From Patescibacteria group bacterium (GTDB lineage: Bacteria > Patescibacteriota > Patescibacteriia > Buchananbacterales > UBA6539): DNA of 64,000 nt. Within the stretch, counting starts at the first letter, position 1, and each line of letters opens with the position of its first letter. The stretch is from positions 16,338 through 80,337 of the forward strand of contig JBAZMQ010000004.1 in the NCBI GenBank assembly GCA_041649675.1. The letters are read 5' to 3'. The translations under genes and the position numbers were made by a program. Positions 10,901-20,240 of the stretch are shown here, piece by piece. The notes beneath the pieces were generated by a model, which was given only the letters and a program-made list of their open reading frames with translations, did no database searches and was not told the DNA's origin.

Positions 10901-11781
10901 CTTATGGCGTTAATTCAGCCATGGATGCGGCATATTTTGAAGGAGAAAATAAAGATAAGGTTATTGAAATGCTTGCCGCTCAGTACTCTCATGATTTGGA
11001 AGCCCAAGGAATGGCGGTTGAAAAGATAAATGAACAAGTTGAGAAATTCAAGCAAGGTTTAAGAAATGCTAAAACTTTGCGGCTTCACAATAATGCCAGT
11101 TTAACTAGCCGGCTAGACCAGGCTCTTCATGAAAAAGCTCACGCTCAAACTATGGGTTTGGCTGATGAACAGTTAAATCAATTCTGGCAGTCACTCAGCA
11201 CAGACCAGCAGCAGCAGATTGAAACTGATATTAAATCAAAATATGGTAATAATATTGCTAGTAAACAAATGAAGCAGGAAGCAATCGCGGAAATGGCCGG
11301 GGTTGGCAAAGGAATTTATGCTCCAAGTGATAAGACTAAAGAAGTTCTAACCGGCTTAAACGTCAAAACTAGACCACAAGCCCAAGAAGATATTTCAAAG
11401 TTAGCACCAGTAGCTCAAAAAGATGTAGAAAAGGAAGGTGAAGAGCTCAAAAAAGCGGTTGCTGGATTTGACGACACCGCCATAGTTCAAGCTTTAGCTG
11501 GGATTGAAGGTATATTGGCTAACGTTGCTTCAACTTTGGATAAAATGCCAAAATCACCGGTTGAAAGCGGGGTCAAAGCTGATTTAAATAGATTGCTTGG
11601 TCAAGTTAGGGATCATCAGTCTGGTGCCGGTGGTGTTTTAGATCCTGGTTCAGTCAGCGGCTTACTGGCCAGTATAAATACTAATTTGAAATCTATTAAT
11701 GAACAATCAAAAAAAGAAAAACCATCGGGAACAGGTGAAGGAAAAATTCCGCCGATGCCGCCGAAGTTAAATAGAAAATAA
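7924..11781 (+). CDS. VirB6/TrbL-like polytopic membrane protein with a long soluble C-terminal extension
   Basis: The N-terminal ~400 aa have many TM helices and motifs GWTLVRDVSNLFF, LINFS..ICGFIID, LSPLPY and WWQEF. It lies upstream of PrgI/VirB4. Confidence 0.7.
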   Translation: MKTIPRQFKFKKTVVLVFAAVLLSSVAFSVLPGLALNFQTADPLEKTLAVLQVTPVSAAGEQTESKDNDTDSFFVTAVGWVVEKAVTLEGFVITTETKILIFFLKYNGFVKAKAVVIGWTLVRDVSNLFFVLVLLVIALATILRIEAYNFKRLLPKILLMAVLINFSRLICGFIIDFAQVIMMSFVAAFVKIGTGGNLYAVLHINDILYSTYDVQTKANTEQGISPTAIVVSGILAVFLLLVACIVIFTMMTVIIMRMIMLWMLVVLSPLPYILSAIPKAERYAQQWWQEFSKYVIVGPILAFFLWLTFAVASTDREGSIGGEQIGLGATGLDSLKTSLETTDKDTSGQTNQPITEEDNNGIFTGIGQVENMLSLIIGIGMLMAGLMITQQLGVAGGQMGGAAMSKMKSLGTSSLRSVGGLIGTGAKTLGKAPFQYIGRKVNEAVYDDRLPAWVNPAAMYRGWVARREALYTKAKEGAALGGQEMFEKAFTGVAQPRRLQMKIADSQKYASEYLFLPKEKLANYAANLYKQYQTHKTPEMRAKLRGVAQTAFRNGFEDDVMDQEIFRNMAPIDPRTNMPLHLEKEHYEKVWHNILGDHEAGAYTAATGDEIAHATKHFGVAGLTQANNVTGDIAWNDYDEKTGRFEWEEIGPDGRSYLKKDANKEIKRAKEGGRVELAEAIKEVGRNRSSFHYQGITGVQDRKDAKGEKMRIAAPFSELTMDMLNLQFKGQREIFLGEHFNSRTAIALAGGKIGDSTCEFEDNGLTQVLAGGEYAPHLLRNIALLDAIEPWLAVGMIKKVGGSETAKPESIKYRTGDWVMPLLSLRIARDSGLLEKIHKETDQTKKEQMEQDMFKQYATYSPRAAQAAGAPGPQPSPTPGPTPGALGPQPSPTAGPSPVPYSRMAQDFDREKFVRTNQAVHRYDNANDFYKSDEYKNDQNKYESAVEYARHRDALNQKELDRVRGTKTASTTKAGALQAGAGINFSDPELQKAYGVNSAMDAAYFEGENKDKVIEMLAAQYSHDLEAQGMAVEKINEQVEKFKQGLRNAKTLRLHNNASLTSRLDQALHEKAHAQTMGLADEQLNQFWQSLSTDQQQQIETDIKSKYGNNIASKQMKQEAIAEMAGVGKGIYAPSDKTKEVLTGLNVKTRPQAQEDISKLAPVAQKDVEKEGEELKKAVAGFDDTAIVQALAGIEGILANVASTLDKMPKSPVESGVKADLNRLLGQVRDHQSGAGGVLDPGSVSGLLASINTNLKSINEQSKKEKPSGTGEGKIPPMPPKLNRK
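10526..10601 (+). repeat. 45-bp-period tandem repeat encoding a Pro/Gly linker
   Basis: ctggtgctc(c/t)tgggccgcaaccgtcacctac occurs at 10526 and 10571 (31 nt, 1 mismatch). Confidence 0.85.
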
Positions 11782-11796
11782 ATATTAAAACTAATC

Positions 11797-13053
11797 ATGT
11801 TTGATCCAAGACTAGAAAAAATTCATACCATTAAAGCTGAAGATTTAGCTAATCTTGATGTTTTCACCCAAATTAATTCAGCGGCCAATGAATATATTAA
11901 TGGTTTTTACGTTGGTGAATCCTTGGAGCTCTGGTTGGTTTTAAGCCAGTTATTAAAAGGCAAGATATTATCAGATATGCCTGTAGAATTGGCTGATAAG
12001 TACAAAAGTATTTTATTGAAACTAGCTTGGACCTGTATTTCCGTTTTACCCCAGGGAGAGGCGGAAGAATTGTTTAAATCCCAGCTCCTTTTGGGGTTAA
12101 GTTTAGAGATTGATTTGATTAATGGTGTGAAAGGATTTACTGAATATCCCTATGGCGAAGAAACCGGCCAAGAGAAGAAAAGAAAACTGGTTTTGGCCTC
12201 ATTAAAAGATAATGAAGAGCAGTTTGGCAATCGCAATTTAAAGATTGAAGGCGTGACGGGTGATTTTAAGCCGTTAATTAAAAATTGGTTAAAAGATTAC
12301 GATCAATCTACGGAAACGGAAAAGCGCAAAGGCAGATTGAGTTTTTTGGAATATATTAATACAAGTAAAAATGTTCGGCAGTTGGATAATTCACAAAAAG
12401 ATATTTTAAAACAGATATTGGAAGTTTATGATTTTTTACGTTTTACTGTCACTGCCCCCGAGGTTCCGTTAACCGGCCATCAGTTACCCAGCCAGCAAAT
12501 CGGAATTTCGTCAGCCACGCCATTCTTGCCAACAGAGTCTTTAGCCTTAGAAAAAGTTGAATCTAGCGCCCAACAGGATATTATAAAGGCTTATCAAGGT
12601 GATCCAAAAGCGCAAAGCGCAATTGCTAAAGCTGAAGAAAAATTAGTCAAATTGGTTAAAGAGGATAAGGGTAGGTTGAGGGCAGAATTTTTTGCCGCAG
12701 TTCAAAAAAAGGATGTCAATATGACGATTGCGGCTTTTAGGCTTTTAGCCCAGAAAGACGATATTAGTAATTTTTTGCAAGAGGACGTCAAACTAAATAA
12801 GTTTTTAACCTCAGTTTGGGTCAAGCAGTATGGCGCTGATTTTGTCAAAGAATTTAATCAAAATCCCGGCGAATTGAAGTTTGTTCGGTTATTTTTAAGG
12901 TATGTTTTGCAAGACAGGCTGGGCCTGGCCCAAAATGACGCGGCCAGAGTTGGTTTACAAATTGGTAATATCCTGGTTAATTTAGGAAAAAAAGGTTATA
13001 ATAAAATGGCATATTTTGACATTAAAAAGAAACAGTTTGAATGGTTGGAATAG
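11797..13053 (+). CDS. Hypothetical protein (T4SS-locus associated)
   Basis: 418-aa ORF starting 15 bp after the previous gene. No recognisable motif. Confidence 0.75.
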   Translation: MFDPRLEKIHTIKAEDLANLDVFTQINSAANEYINGFYVGESLELWLVLSQLLKGKILSDMPVELADKYKSILLKLAWTCISVLPQGEAEELFKSQLLLGLSLEIDLINGVKGFTEYPYGEETGQEKKRKLVLASLKDNEEQFGNRNLKIEGVTGDFKPLIKNWLKDYDQSTETEKRKGRLSFLEYINTSKNVRQLDNSQKDILKQILEVYDFLRFTVTAPEVPLTGHQLPSQQIGISSATPFLPTESLALEKVESSAQQDIIKAYQGDPKAQSAIAKAEEKLVKLVKEDKGRLRAEFFAAVQKKDVNMTIAAFRLLAQKDDISNFLQEDVKLNKFLTSVWVKQYGADFVKEFNQNPGELKFVRLFLRYVLQDRLGLAQNDAARVGLQIGNILVNLGKKGYNKMAYFDIKKKQFEWLE

Positions 13054-13057
13054 TAAG

Positions 13058-13178
13058 TAGCTGTTAGCTTTTAGCTAGTAGCTTATAGAAGGAGTTGAGC
13101 TATATATTTGTAATCCAATTCACTATAGTAATTATTATTAGAAATAACTAACAGCTAAAAGCTAACAGCTGGCAGCTA
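13058..13178. repeat. Inverted repeat built from heptamer (TAGCTNN) units
   Basis: Left arm tagctgt tagcttt tagctag tagctta; right arm acagcta aaagcta acagctg gcagcta. Confidence 0.8.
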
Positions 13179-13206
13179 TCTTGGGGACAAGAAAGGAAAT
13201 ATTAAA

Positions 13207-14379
13207 ATGGCAAAGAGTAATAAAAAGTACACTTTTACTTCAGAGTCGGTAACTGAAGGTCATCCCGATAAAGTCTGCGATCAAATTTCGGATGGTATTT
13301 TGGATGCAGCTTTAACTGATGATCCCAAATCTAGGGTGGCAATTGAAACCCTAGTCACTACCGGGTTAGTTGTTGTGGCCGGAGAAATGACTACCAGTAC
13401 TTATATTGATGTGCCAAAAGTGGTCAGGGGAATTATTAAGGATATTGGTTATACCGATCCGACTATTGGTTTTGATTGGGAAAATTGTGCGGTCGTAACT
13501 TCAATTGATGCACAAAGTCCGGACATCTCGCAAGGCGTTTCGGCTGGGCAAGGCCTTTTTAAAGAGCAAGGCGCTGGTGATCAGGGTATGATGTTTGGTT
13601 ATGCTACCAACGAAACTCCTGAATATCTGCCCTTACCGATAGTTTTGGCTCATAAACTCACCCAAACTTTGGCCGCAGTCAGAAAAAGTGGTCAATTAGC
13701 CTGGTTAAGACCGGATGGCAAATCCCAGGTTAGCGTTGATTATGCCGATGGCCAGCCGCAGCGGGTGGCAACAGTAGTTGTTTCCACTCAACATACCGCC
13801 GAGGTTGAACATGATGAAATTGAAAAAGAAATTATTGAAAAAGTGGTTAAACCGGTTTGCGGCCAATGGCTGGATAAGGATACAAAATATTATATCAATC
13901 CAACTGGAAAATTTATTATTGGTGGGCCTCATGGTGATACCGGCGTAACTGGCCGAAAAATTATTGTTGATACTTATGGCGGTCATGGCAGCCATGGTGG
14001 TGGTGCTTTTTCTGGCAAAGATCCGTCAAAAGTTGACCGGTCAGCTGCTTATATGGCTCGTTACATTGCTAAAAATATTGTTGCTTCCGGAGTGGCGTCA
14101 CAATGCGAAGTTCAGTTGGCATATGCTATCGGCGTGGCTGACCCGATTTCAATTTTAGTCAATACTGAAGGTACAGCTAAAGTTGATGAAGGAAAAATTG
14201 AGCAGGTTGTTAGAGAAGTCTTTCCATTAAAGCCAGCCGGAATAATTGAGCATTTAAAGCTTTTGCGGCCAATCTACCGAAAAACCACTTGTTATGGCCA
14301 TTTTGGCAGAAATGACGCTGATTTTACCTGGGAAAAAACCGATAAGGCTGATGAATTAAAGAAAGCTTTAGGTTTATAA
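13207..14379 (+). CDS. metK: S-adenosylmethionine synthetase
   Basis: Motifs [37 protein letters not shown] aaagga upstream. Confidence 0.98.
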   Translation: MAKSNKKYTFTSESVTEGHPDKVCDQISDGILDAALTDDPKSRVAIETLVTTGLVVVAGEMTTSTYIDVPKVVRGIIKDIGYTDPTIGFDWENCAVVTSIDAQSPDISQGVSAGQGLFKEQGAGDQGMMFGYATNETPEYLPLPIVLAHKLTQTLAAVRKSGQLAWLRPDGKSQVSVDYADGQPQRVATVVVSTQHTAEVEHDEIEKEIIEKVVKPVCGQWLDKDTKYYINPTGKFIIGGPHGDTGVTGRKIIVDTYGGHGSHGGGAFSGKDPSKVDRSAAYMARYIAKNIVASGVASQCEVQLAYAIGVADPISILVNTEGTAKVDEGKIEQVVREVFPLKPAGIIEHLKLLRPIYRKTTCYGHFGRNDADFTWEKTDKADELKKALGL

Positions 14380-14401
14380 TCAATAAATAATAAATTAAGT
14401 A

Positions 14402-15580
14402 ATGGCAGTTAATGATAATAAAAAAACCGATGATTTTTTTAGTGCCCTCGCTCAAGAGCAGCAAATTGAAAATCCATTTGCCACTGAAGAAATACTTTTT
14501 CGCGATGAAAATGGTGTTTTGAAGATTTTGAAGGGCGGGCAGGTTTTGGATTATACCCAAAATGGCGAGCAAAAAGATCAAACTGCTGCCCCGCTTCAGC
14601 CTGAGCCACTACCAGTTTTGCCAAAGCCAGAAGTCGTACCGTCGCCACCACTCAGTCAGCCAGTTTTGCCACCAATTCCTGTTGTGGAACCCATCCCAGC
14701 CCCAGCGCCGGTTACACCCAGTGAGCCATTAGGTCAGCCGCTGAACTTAGACGAAGAAATAGAGATGGTGATTAAAAAATCAGGCATTCATTTTACTGAT
14801 CAGCAGTTAGCTAAACGTTTCACCAGCATCATTACTTCCAGGCTTAAGCACATTCGCGATCAAGTCCAAACCAAAGAAGCACTTTTGAGTTCGCCCACGG
14901 CGGGTGGAATGGGATTTACTTCGGTCCAGGCCGATCGGATAATGCTTGCGATTAATCAAGTTCTGGATCAATTGAGTAATAAGCTAAGACAAGGAGTAAG
15001 CCAGGAACCATTTTCTGATTTACAACAGGAGGTCCAAAAGCTTTTAGCCCAACAGCCACTGGTTTCATCACCGCCAAAAATTGTTTTCTCCGCCCCAGCT
15101 AAGCCAGTTGAACCGGCAAAAGTTACACCAATTAAACCAGTAGCGGTTGAAAAACCGCAGCCAGTAGCCGCTCCCAAGCCACCTGCGTTACCTCAAATGC
15201 CAGCTGCCAATACTTTTACCAAGCCAAAAATTGAAGATGTTAGGTTTGAGCCAAAATTAACCGGGCCAATTGAAGAAATCCATTCCATGACTTTGATTGA
15301 TTTTCGTCGCTTAGGTTCCACGCCTCAGCAGGCAATTGAAAAGATTATTGAAAAAATTGATTTATTGGAAGAGGAATCATTTACTAAAAAAACCCAGGCA
15401 ATAAAGGCCTGGAAAGAAAATGAAGTTTACCGTCTTTATTTAGCCTTGGGCGATCAAAGCATGGAAGAAAGAAAGCCGATTGCTGAAATAATTGAAGAAA
15501 AACAAAAAGCAAATCAGCCCACCTTGACCTCTCAAGAAGTAGAAGCAATAATTGAATTAAATCAAAAATTAAGATATTAA
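14402..15580 (+). CDS. Hypothetical Pro-rich protein upstream of PrgI
   Basis: 392-aa ORF with Pro-rich linkers and a C-terminal LTGPIEEI..MTLIDFRRL domain. Confidence 0.75.
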   Translation: MAVNDNKKTDDFFSALAQEQQIENPFATEEILFRDENGVLKILKGGQVLDYTQNGEQKDQTAAPLQPEPLPVLPKPEVVPSPPLSQPVLPPIPVVEPIPAPAPVTPSEPLGQPLNLDEEIEMVIKKSGIHFTDQQLAKRFTSIITSRLKHIRDQVQTKEALLSSPTAGGMGFTSVQADRIMLAINQVLDQLSNKLRQGVSQEPFSDLQQEVQKLLAQQPLVSSPPKIVFSAPAKPVEPAKVTPIKPVAVEKPQPVAAPKPPALPQMPAANTFTKPKIEDVRFEPKLTGPIEEIHSMTLIDFRRLGSTPQQAIEKIIEKIDLLEEESFTKKTQAIKAWKENEVYRLYLALGDQSMEERKPIAEIIEEKQKANQPTLTSQEVEAIIELNQKLRY

Positions 15581-15625
15581 ATTAGCTTTTGGGAAGTAGT
15601 ATCTCTATAAGCTATAAGCTAGCAT

Positions 15626-16084
15626 ATGCAGCAATTTGTTGTTCCCCAATTTATTGACGTTGAAGACAAAGTCATCGGACCGATAACTGTTCGTCAGTTT
15701 ATTATCCTTTTGGTTGGCGGCGGTTTAATCTTTGTTTCCTATAAATTGGCTGATTTCACCTTGTTTTTACTGGAATTTGTCATCATCGGTTTAGTTACCT
15801 TTGTTGTTGCCTTTATTAAAATTAATGGGCGCCCAATTCATTATTTTTTGCTTAATATTATTCAAACTTTAAAAAGACCCAGAAAACAAGTTTGGCAAAA
15901 ATTATTTTCTAATAGCGAGTTAAAAGGTTATGCTAAAACCAAAACCCCGACTTTACCACCACAGATTAGGACTAAAAATAAGGTTAGAGCTTCAAGATTA
16001 GCCGAACTTGCCTTAGTAGTTGATACTGGCGGGATTTATCAGGGTGAAAAAGAGCCACCAACCAGTTTAAATAATTTAATATGA
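15626..16084 (+). CDS. PrgI family (VirB3-like) membrane protein
   Basis: N-terminus QFVVPQFIDVEDKVIGPITVRQF followed by two TM helices. Confidence 0.85.
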   Translation: MQQFVVPQFIDVEDKVIGPITVRQFIILLVGGGLIFVSYKLADFTLFLLEFVIIGLVTFVVAFIKINGRPIHYFLLNIIQTLKRPRKQVWQKLFSNSELKGYAKTKTPTLPPQIRTKNKVRASRLAELALVVDTGGIYQGEKEPPTSLNNLI

Positions 16085-16761
16085 AATCAAAAAAATTAGC
16101 CGGAAGTAAACCTAGCGCTGCCACCCAAAAATACTTGGATATTGCTGAAATCCGAGAGGATTGTGTTATTTTAAAGGATGGCACCCTGCGCGCGGTATTA
16201 TTAGTTTCCAGCATTAATTTTTCTCTAAAATCCGAAGACGAACAGAACGCCATAATTTCTGCTTACGTTAGTTTTTTAAATTATTTGGAATTTCCCTTAC
16301 AAATTGTCATTCAGTCACGCAAATTAGATATTGATGGCTACCTTAATCGGCTTAAAAAAATTGAAAAAGAGCAGACCAATGAATTACTGCGGATGCAAAC
16401 TGCTGAATACCGGCAATACATTACCGAGCTGGTTGAATTGGGAGATATAATGACTAAGCGTTTTTATATCATTGTACCGTATAATCCTTTGTCGGATAAA
16501 CAAAAATCGTGGGCTTCAAGATTTTTTAGTCTTTTTTCCGCTGCTTCCGAAGTAAAGCTTAGTCAGGAAGCGTTTATTAAAAGGCGGCGGGATTTAATGC
16601 AGCGAGTTGACAATATTGTCAGTGGTTTGGGTAGTATGAGTTTAAAAACAGTTTTATTGGATACCCAAAGTTTAGTTGAGCTTTACTATAATACTTATAA
16701 TCCGGATGTTTATAATAAAGAAAAAATGGTTGAAGTAAATAAACTACGAGTTGAAGAATAA
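16081..16761 (+). CDS. VirB4-associated protein (resembles the N-terminal part of TraC/VirB4)
   Basis: Motifs INFSLKSEDEQNAII..Y..FLN.LEFPLQIVIQSR. Lies between PrgI and VirB4. Confidence 0.7.
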   Translation: MKSKKLAGSKPSAATQKYLDIAEIREDCVILKDGTLRAVLLVSSINFSLKSEDEQNAIISAYVSFLNYLEFPLQIVIQSRKLDIDGYLNRLKKIEKEQTNELLRMQTAEYRQYITELVELGDIMTKRFYIIVPYNPLSDKQKSWASRFFSLFSAASEVKLSQEAFIKRRRDLMQRVDNIVSGLGSMSLKTVLLDTQSLVELYYNTYNPDVYNKEKMVEVNKLRVEE

Positions 16762-16762
16762 T

Positions 16763-18685
16763 ATGGCAATAAAACCCCAAGAAATAATTAAAGAGGAGAA
16801 ACTGGCGGCTTTGGCAAACCAACAGCAGGCAGATGAACAGCAGCGGCAAAAAGAAAAACAGGATTTAGAAGAGCAAAAAATTCTTTTGGAAGAAGAACGG
16901 GTTTATCGCGAAGGCTTGGTTTCGATTAAAGATTTGATCGCGCCGGCGGCTTTGGAAGTAACTCCGACCTATATTAAAATTGGTGATCAGTTTGCCAGAA
17001 CCTTGTTTGCTTTTAGCTATCCTCGTTATATCGCTGTTGGCTGGTTTGCGCCGATAATTAATTTAAGCGTGCCCTTGGACATTGCCATGTATTTTTATCC
17101 GGTTAAATCCAACATTATTTTAAAGCAATTAAGAAATAAGGTTGGTGCTTTGGAAGCCCAAATTTTATCCGATCGCGAGAAGGGAGCACCTCGTGACCCG
17201 ATTCGGGAAACCGCTTTGCGCGATATTGAAAAATTAAGAGATGATTTGACTCAGGGGATTGAACATTTTTTTCAATTTGGCCTTTACGTTACAATTTATA
17301 GCGAGACTAAAGAGAAATTGGATAATTTAACTTCTGACGTTGAGGCTTTGTTTGGCTCTCGGCTGGTTTTTTCTAAAAAAGTTTTGTATCAAGCCGAACA
17401 GGGTTTTAATTCAACCTTGCCCTTGGGTAATGACGAATTAATGATTGGTTTTAACATGAATTCTTCGCCAGCGGCTTCCTCTTTCCCTTTTATTTCGTCT
17501 GAATTGAGTTCTGATGAGGGCGTTTTGTATGGTATTAATCGCCATAACAATAGTTTGATATTATTTGATCGTTTTTCTTTACAAAATGCTAATACAGTTG
17601 TCTTTGCTACTTCGGGTGCCGGTAAAAGTTATACTATCAAATTGGAAGTTTTGCGTACCATGATGTTTGGTACGGACGTTATTGTTATTGATCCGGAAAG
17701 AGAATATAAACATCTGTGCGATGCCGTTGGCGGGACTTATGTTAATATTTCCTTGAGCTCGGAAGCAAAAATTAATCCTTTTGATTTGCCGCGGGCAGTT
17801 GGTGATCAGCGTTCGGCCGATGTTATCCGGGGTGCGGTTATTACGTTAAAAGGTTTAGTTCGTTTAATGCTTGGCAAGCTGACTCACCAAGAAGATTCAA
17901 TCATTGATCGGGCCTTATTAGAAACTTACGCTAAAAAAGATATTACCGCCAGTTCTGATCTAAGTAAAATTGAAGCGCCAATCATGCAGGATTTTCAGGA
18001 TATTTTGGAAGGGATGGAAGGTGGTTCGGATTTATCTTTACGTTTAAAAAAATATACCCAAGGGACATTTGCCGGTTTGTTTAATCATCCGACCAACGTT
18101 GATATGAAAAATCAGTTGATTGTTTTTTCCGTTCGGGACTTGGAAGATGAGCTGCGGCCAATGGCAATTTATACGATTGTTAACTATATTTGGAATGTTG
18201 TCCGTTCGCAACTTAAGAAAAGAATTTTAATTATTGATGAAGCCTGGTGGCTGATGCAAAACGAAGATTCAGCTAAATTTATTTTTGCCTTGGTCAAACG
18301 CTGCCGAAAATACTATTTAGGGGTGACTAATATTACTCAAGATGTCAATGACTTTTTGCTTTCGCCTTATGGTCAAGCAATTGTCAACAATTCCGCTTTG
18401 CAATTATTAATGCGCCAATCACCGTCGGGAATTGATTTGGTCCAAAAAACCTTTATGCTAACCGAAGGCGAAAAATATTTGCTTTTGGAATGCGGTGTTG
18501 GTGAAGGAATATTTTTTGCCGGCGATAAACATGCGGCCATTAAAGTCGTTGCCTCTTACACTGAAGATCAGCTAATCACCTCTGATCCCAGGCAAATTTT
18601 GCAAATTGAAGAAGCTAAAAAAGAATTTGATTTGGCTTCACAGAACCAGGAGGTTGAAGAAGTTGAGGAACAAATATCCCAGTAG
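16763..18685 (+). CDS. virB4: VirB4/TraE-like T4SS ATPase
   Basis: Walker A ATSGAGKS, VIDPEREY, INPFD, Walker B IIDEAW, RKY, ITQDVNDF. ATG at 16763 preferred over TTG at 16751. Confidence 0.9.
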   Translation: MAIKPQEIIKEEKLAALANQQQADEQQRQKEKQDLEEQKILLEEERVYREGLVSIKDLIAPAALEVTPTYIKIGDQFARTLFAFSYPRYIAVGWFAPIINLSVPLDIAMYFYPVKSNIILKQLRNKVGALEAQILSDREKGAPRDPIRETALRDIEKLRDDLTQGIEHFFQFGLYVTIYSETKEKLDNLTSDVEALFGSRLVFSKKVLYQAEQGFNSTLPLGNDELMIGFNMNSSPAASSFPFISSELSSDEGVLYGINRHNNSLILFDRFSLQNANTVVFATSGAGKSYTIKLEVLRTMMFGTDVIVIDPEREYKHLCDAVGGTYVNISLSSEAKINPFDLPRAVGDQRSADVIRGAVITLKGLVRLMLGKLTHQEDSIIDRALLETYAKKDITASSDLSKIEAPIMQDFQDILEGMEGGSDLSLRLKKYTQGTFAGLFNHPTNVDMKNQLIVFSVRDLEDELRPMAIYTIVNYIWNVVRSQLKKRILIIDEAWWLMQNEDSAKFIFALVKRCRKYYLGVTNITQDVNDFLLSPYGQAIVNNSALQLLMRQSPSGIDLVQKTFMLTEGEKYLLLECGVGEGIFFAGDKHAAIKVVASYTEDQLITSDPRQILQIEEAKKEFDLASQNQEVEEVEEQISQ

Positions 18686-18708
18686 GTTAAATATTAATTT
18701 GTCCGTAT

Positions 18709-19308
18709 ATGAGTAAGCGAAATAAAATAATTATTGCCATCATCGCTGTTGTTGTAGTAATATTATTGATAATAATTATTGCCTTGTTTCTAAATCAAAG
18801 AAGATCAGCCCGGTTGGTAAACATTAATACTAATCAAGCCGGACAGCTGCCAGCCAATCAACCGGCCTCAACGGCTGGGTTAAATAAATCCCAAGAGTCA
18901 CCAGTCAAGGAAAAAAAATTAGAGGCCAGCTTGAAGGCGATTGCTTCAACCTTTGCTGAACGTTTTGGTAGTTACTCCAATGAAGGCAATTACTCTAACC
19001 TTGAAGCGCTAAAAGATTTAATGACTGACAGGATGAAAGCTTGGGCTCAAAGCTATCAGGCTTCACAACAAAAACCTAGTACCAATGATTCAATCGTTTA
19101 TTATGGTATCACCACTCAAGCTTTGTCGGTTCAAATTTCAAATTTTGACCAGGCAGTTGGTACGGCTGAAGCTATAGTTGTTACTCAACGGCAAGAAACG
19201 AAAAACAATACTACTAATCCTAAAGTTTATTACCAAAATTTAAAATTACAATTATTAAAAACGGCAGCCGGTTGGAAAGTTGATGCCGCCGAATGGCAGC
19301 AGCCATAG
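18709..19308 (+). CDS. Bitopic membrane protein, VirB8/TcpC-like (NTF2-like)
   Basis: N-terminal TM helix, FAERFGSYS, C-terminal L.K...GWKVD typical of NTF2-like folds. Follows virB4. Confidence 0.55.
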   Translation: MSKRNKIIIAIIAVVVVILLIIIIALFLNQRRSARLVNINTNQAGQLPANQPASTAGLNKSQESPVKEKKLEASLKAIASTFAERFGSYSNEGNYSNLEALKDLMTDRMKAWAQSYQASQQKPSTNDSIVYYGITTQALSVQISNFDQAVGTAEAIVVTQRQETKNNTTNPKVYYQNLKLQLLKTAAGWKVDAAEWQQP

Positions 19309-19369
19309 TTTGGTGTAAATTATAAACATAGTCAACATAGCGCAATAATTAATAATTTAGATTAGCGCT

Positions 19370-20029
19370 ATGAATACTATTAAAAAATTAATTTTTGATT
19401 TAATTTTTCCGATTCAATGTTTGGGTTGCAAGAAAGAAGGCGAGTGGCTGTGCCAAGAATGTTTTGACCGCATAGAAATAAATCCAGCCCAGTTAAATCC
19501 AGCCCAAAAAAATCAATTATTTTCAGGAATTTGGGTAGTAACGGTCAAAGATCAGACGTTAGTTAATACAATATTGCATAATTTTAAGTACAATCTAGTC
19601 CTTGATTTGGGTGAAATTTTGGGCAGTTTAGCGATAAAATTTTTAACCAGGCTAATTTTACAGGATAAAAATTTGCATTTTGATTATATTGTGGCTGTAC
19701 CGCTATCTAAAAAAAGAAAGTTGTGGCGCGGGTTTAATCAGTCTGAAGTCATTGCGCAAAAAATCAGCCAGCAGTTTGTTTGGCCCAATAATTTTTCTTT
19801 AATTTATCGGCACTATCATAACCGGCCTCAGGTTGGATTAAATGCTTTGCAGCGGCAGGAAAATGTTAAAGGAATATTTCGGGCGGACAATAATGAATCA
19901 TTGGAAAATAAGAAAATTTTAATAATTGATGATGTTTTAACTACCGGGGCAACTTTAAATGAAAGTGCTAAAGCGCTGAAGGCAGCTGGGGTTAAAGAAA
20001 TTTGGGGTTTGGTGATAATTAGAGGTTGA
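19370..20029 (+). CDS. comF: ComF family competence protein (Zn finger plus PRTase)
   Basis: CLGC..CQEC, VPL, RGFNQS, IIDDVLTTGAT. Confidence 0.92.
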   Translation: MNTIKKLIFDLIFPIQCLGCKKEGEWLCQECFDRIEINPAQLNPAQKNQLFSGIWVVTVKDQTLVNTILHNFKYNLVLDLGEILGSLAIKFLTRLILQDKNLHFDYIVAVPLSKKRKLWRGFNQSEVIAQKISQQFVWPNNFSLIYRHYHNRPQVGLNALQRQENVKGIFRADNNESLENKKILIIDDVLTTGATLNESAKALKAAGVKEIWGLVIIRG

Positions 20030-20034
20030 TACTC

Positions 20035-20063
20035 TTTACAGAAAAAAGTTTTAGTGTTACAAT
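20035..20063 (+). promoter_or_regulatory. Sigma70-type promoter for tRNA-Ser
   Basis: TTTACA-17 nt-TACAAT with extended TG, 12 nt before the tRNA. Confidence 0.6.
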
Positions 20064-20075
20064 ATCAGGGTTTTA

Positions 20076-20202
<127 letters not shown>

Positions 20203-20240
20203 AGACCAGGTTATAGCTATAGTTTTAAAACAAAATATAT

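Noticed and set aside
13054-13206. SAM riboswitch upstream of metK
   Set aside because: No SAM-I or SAM-II core motifs are visible; the region is explained by the heptamer inverted repeat.
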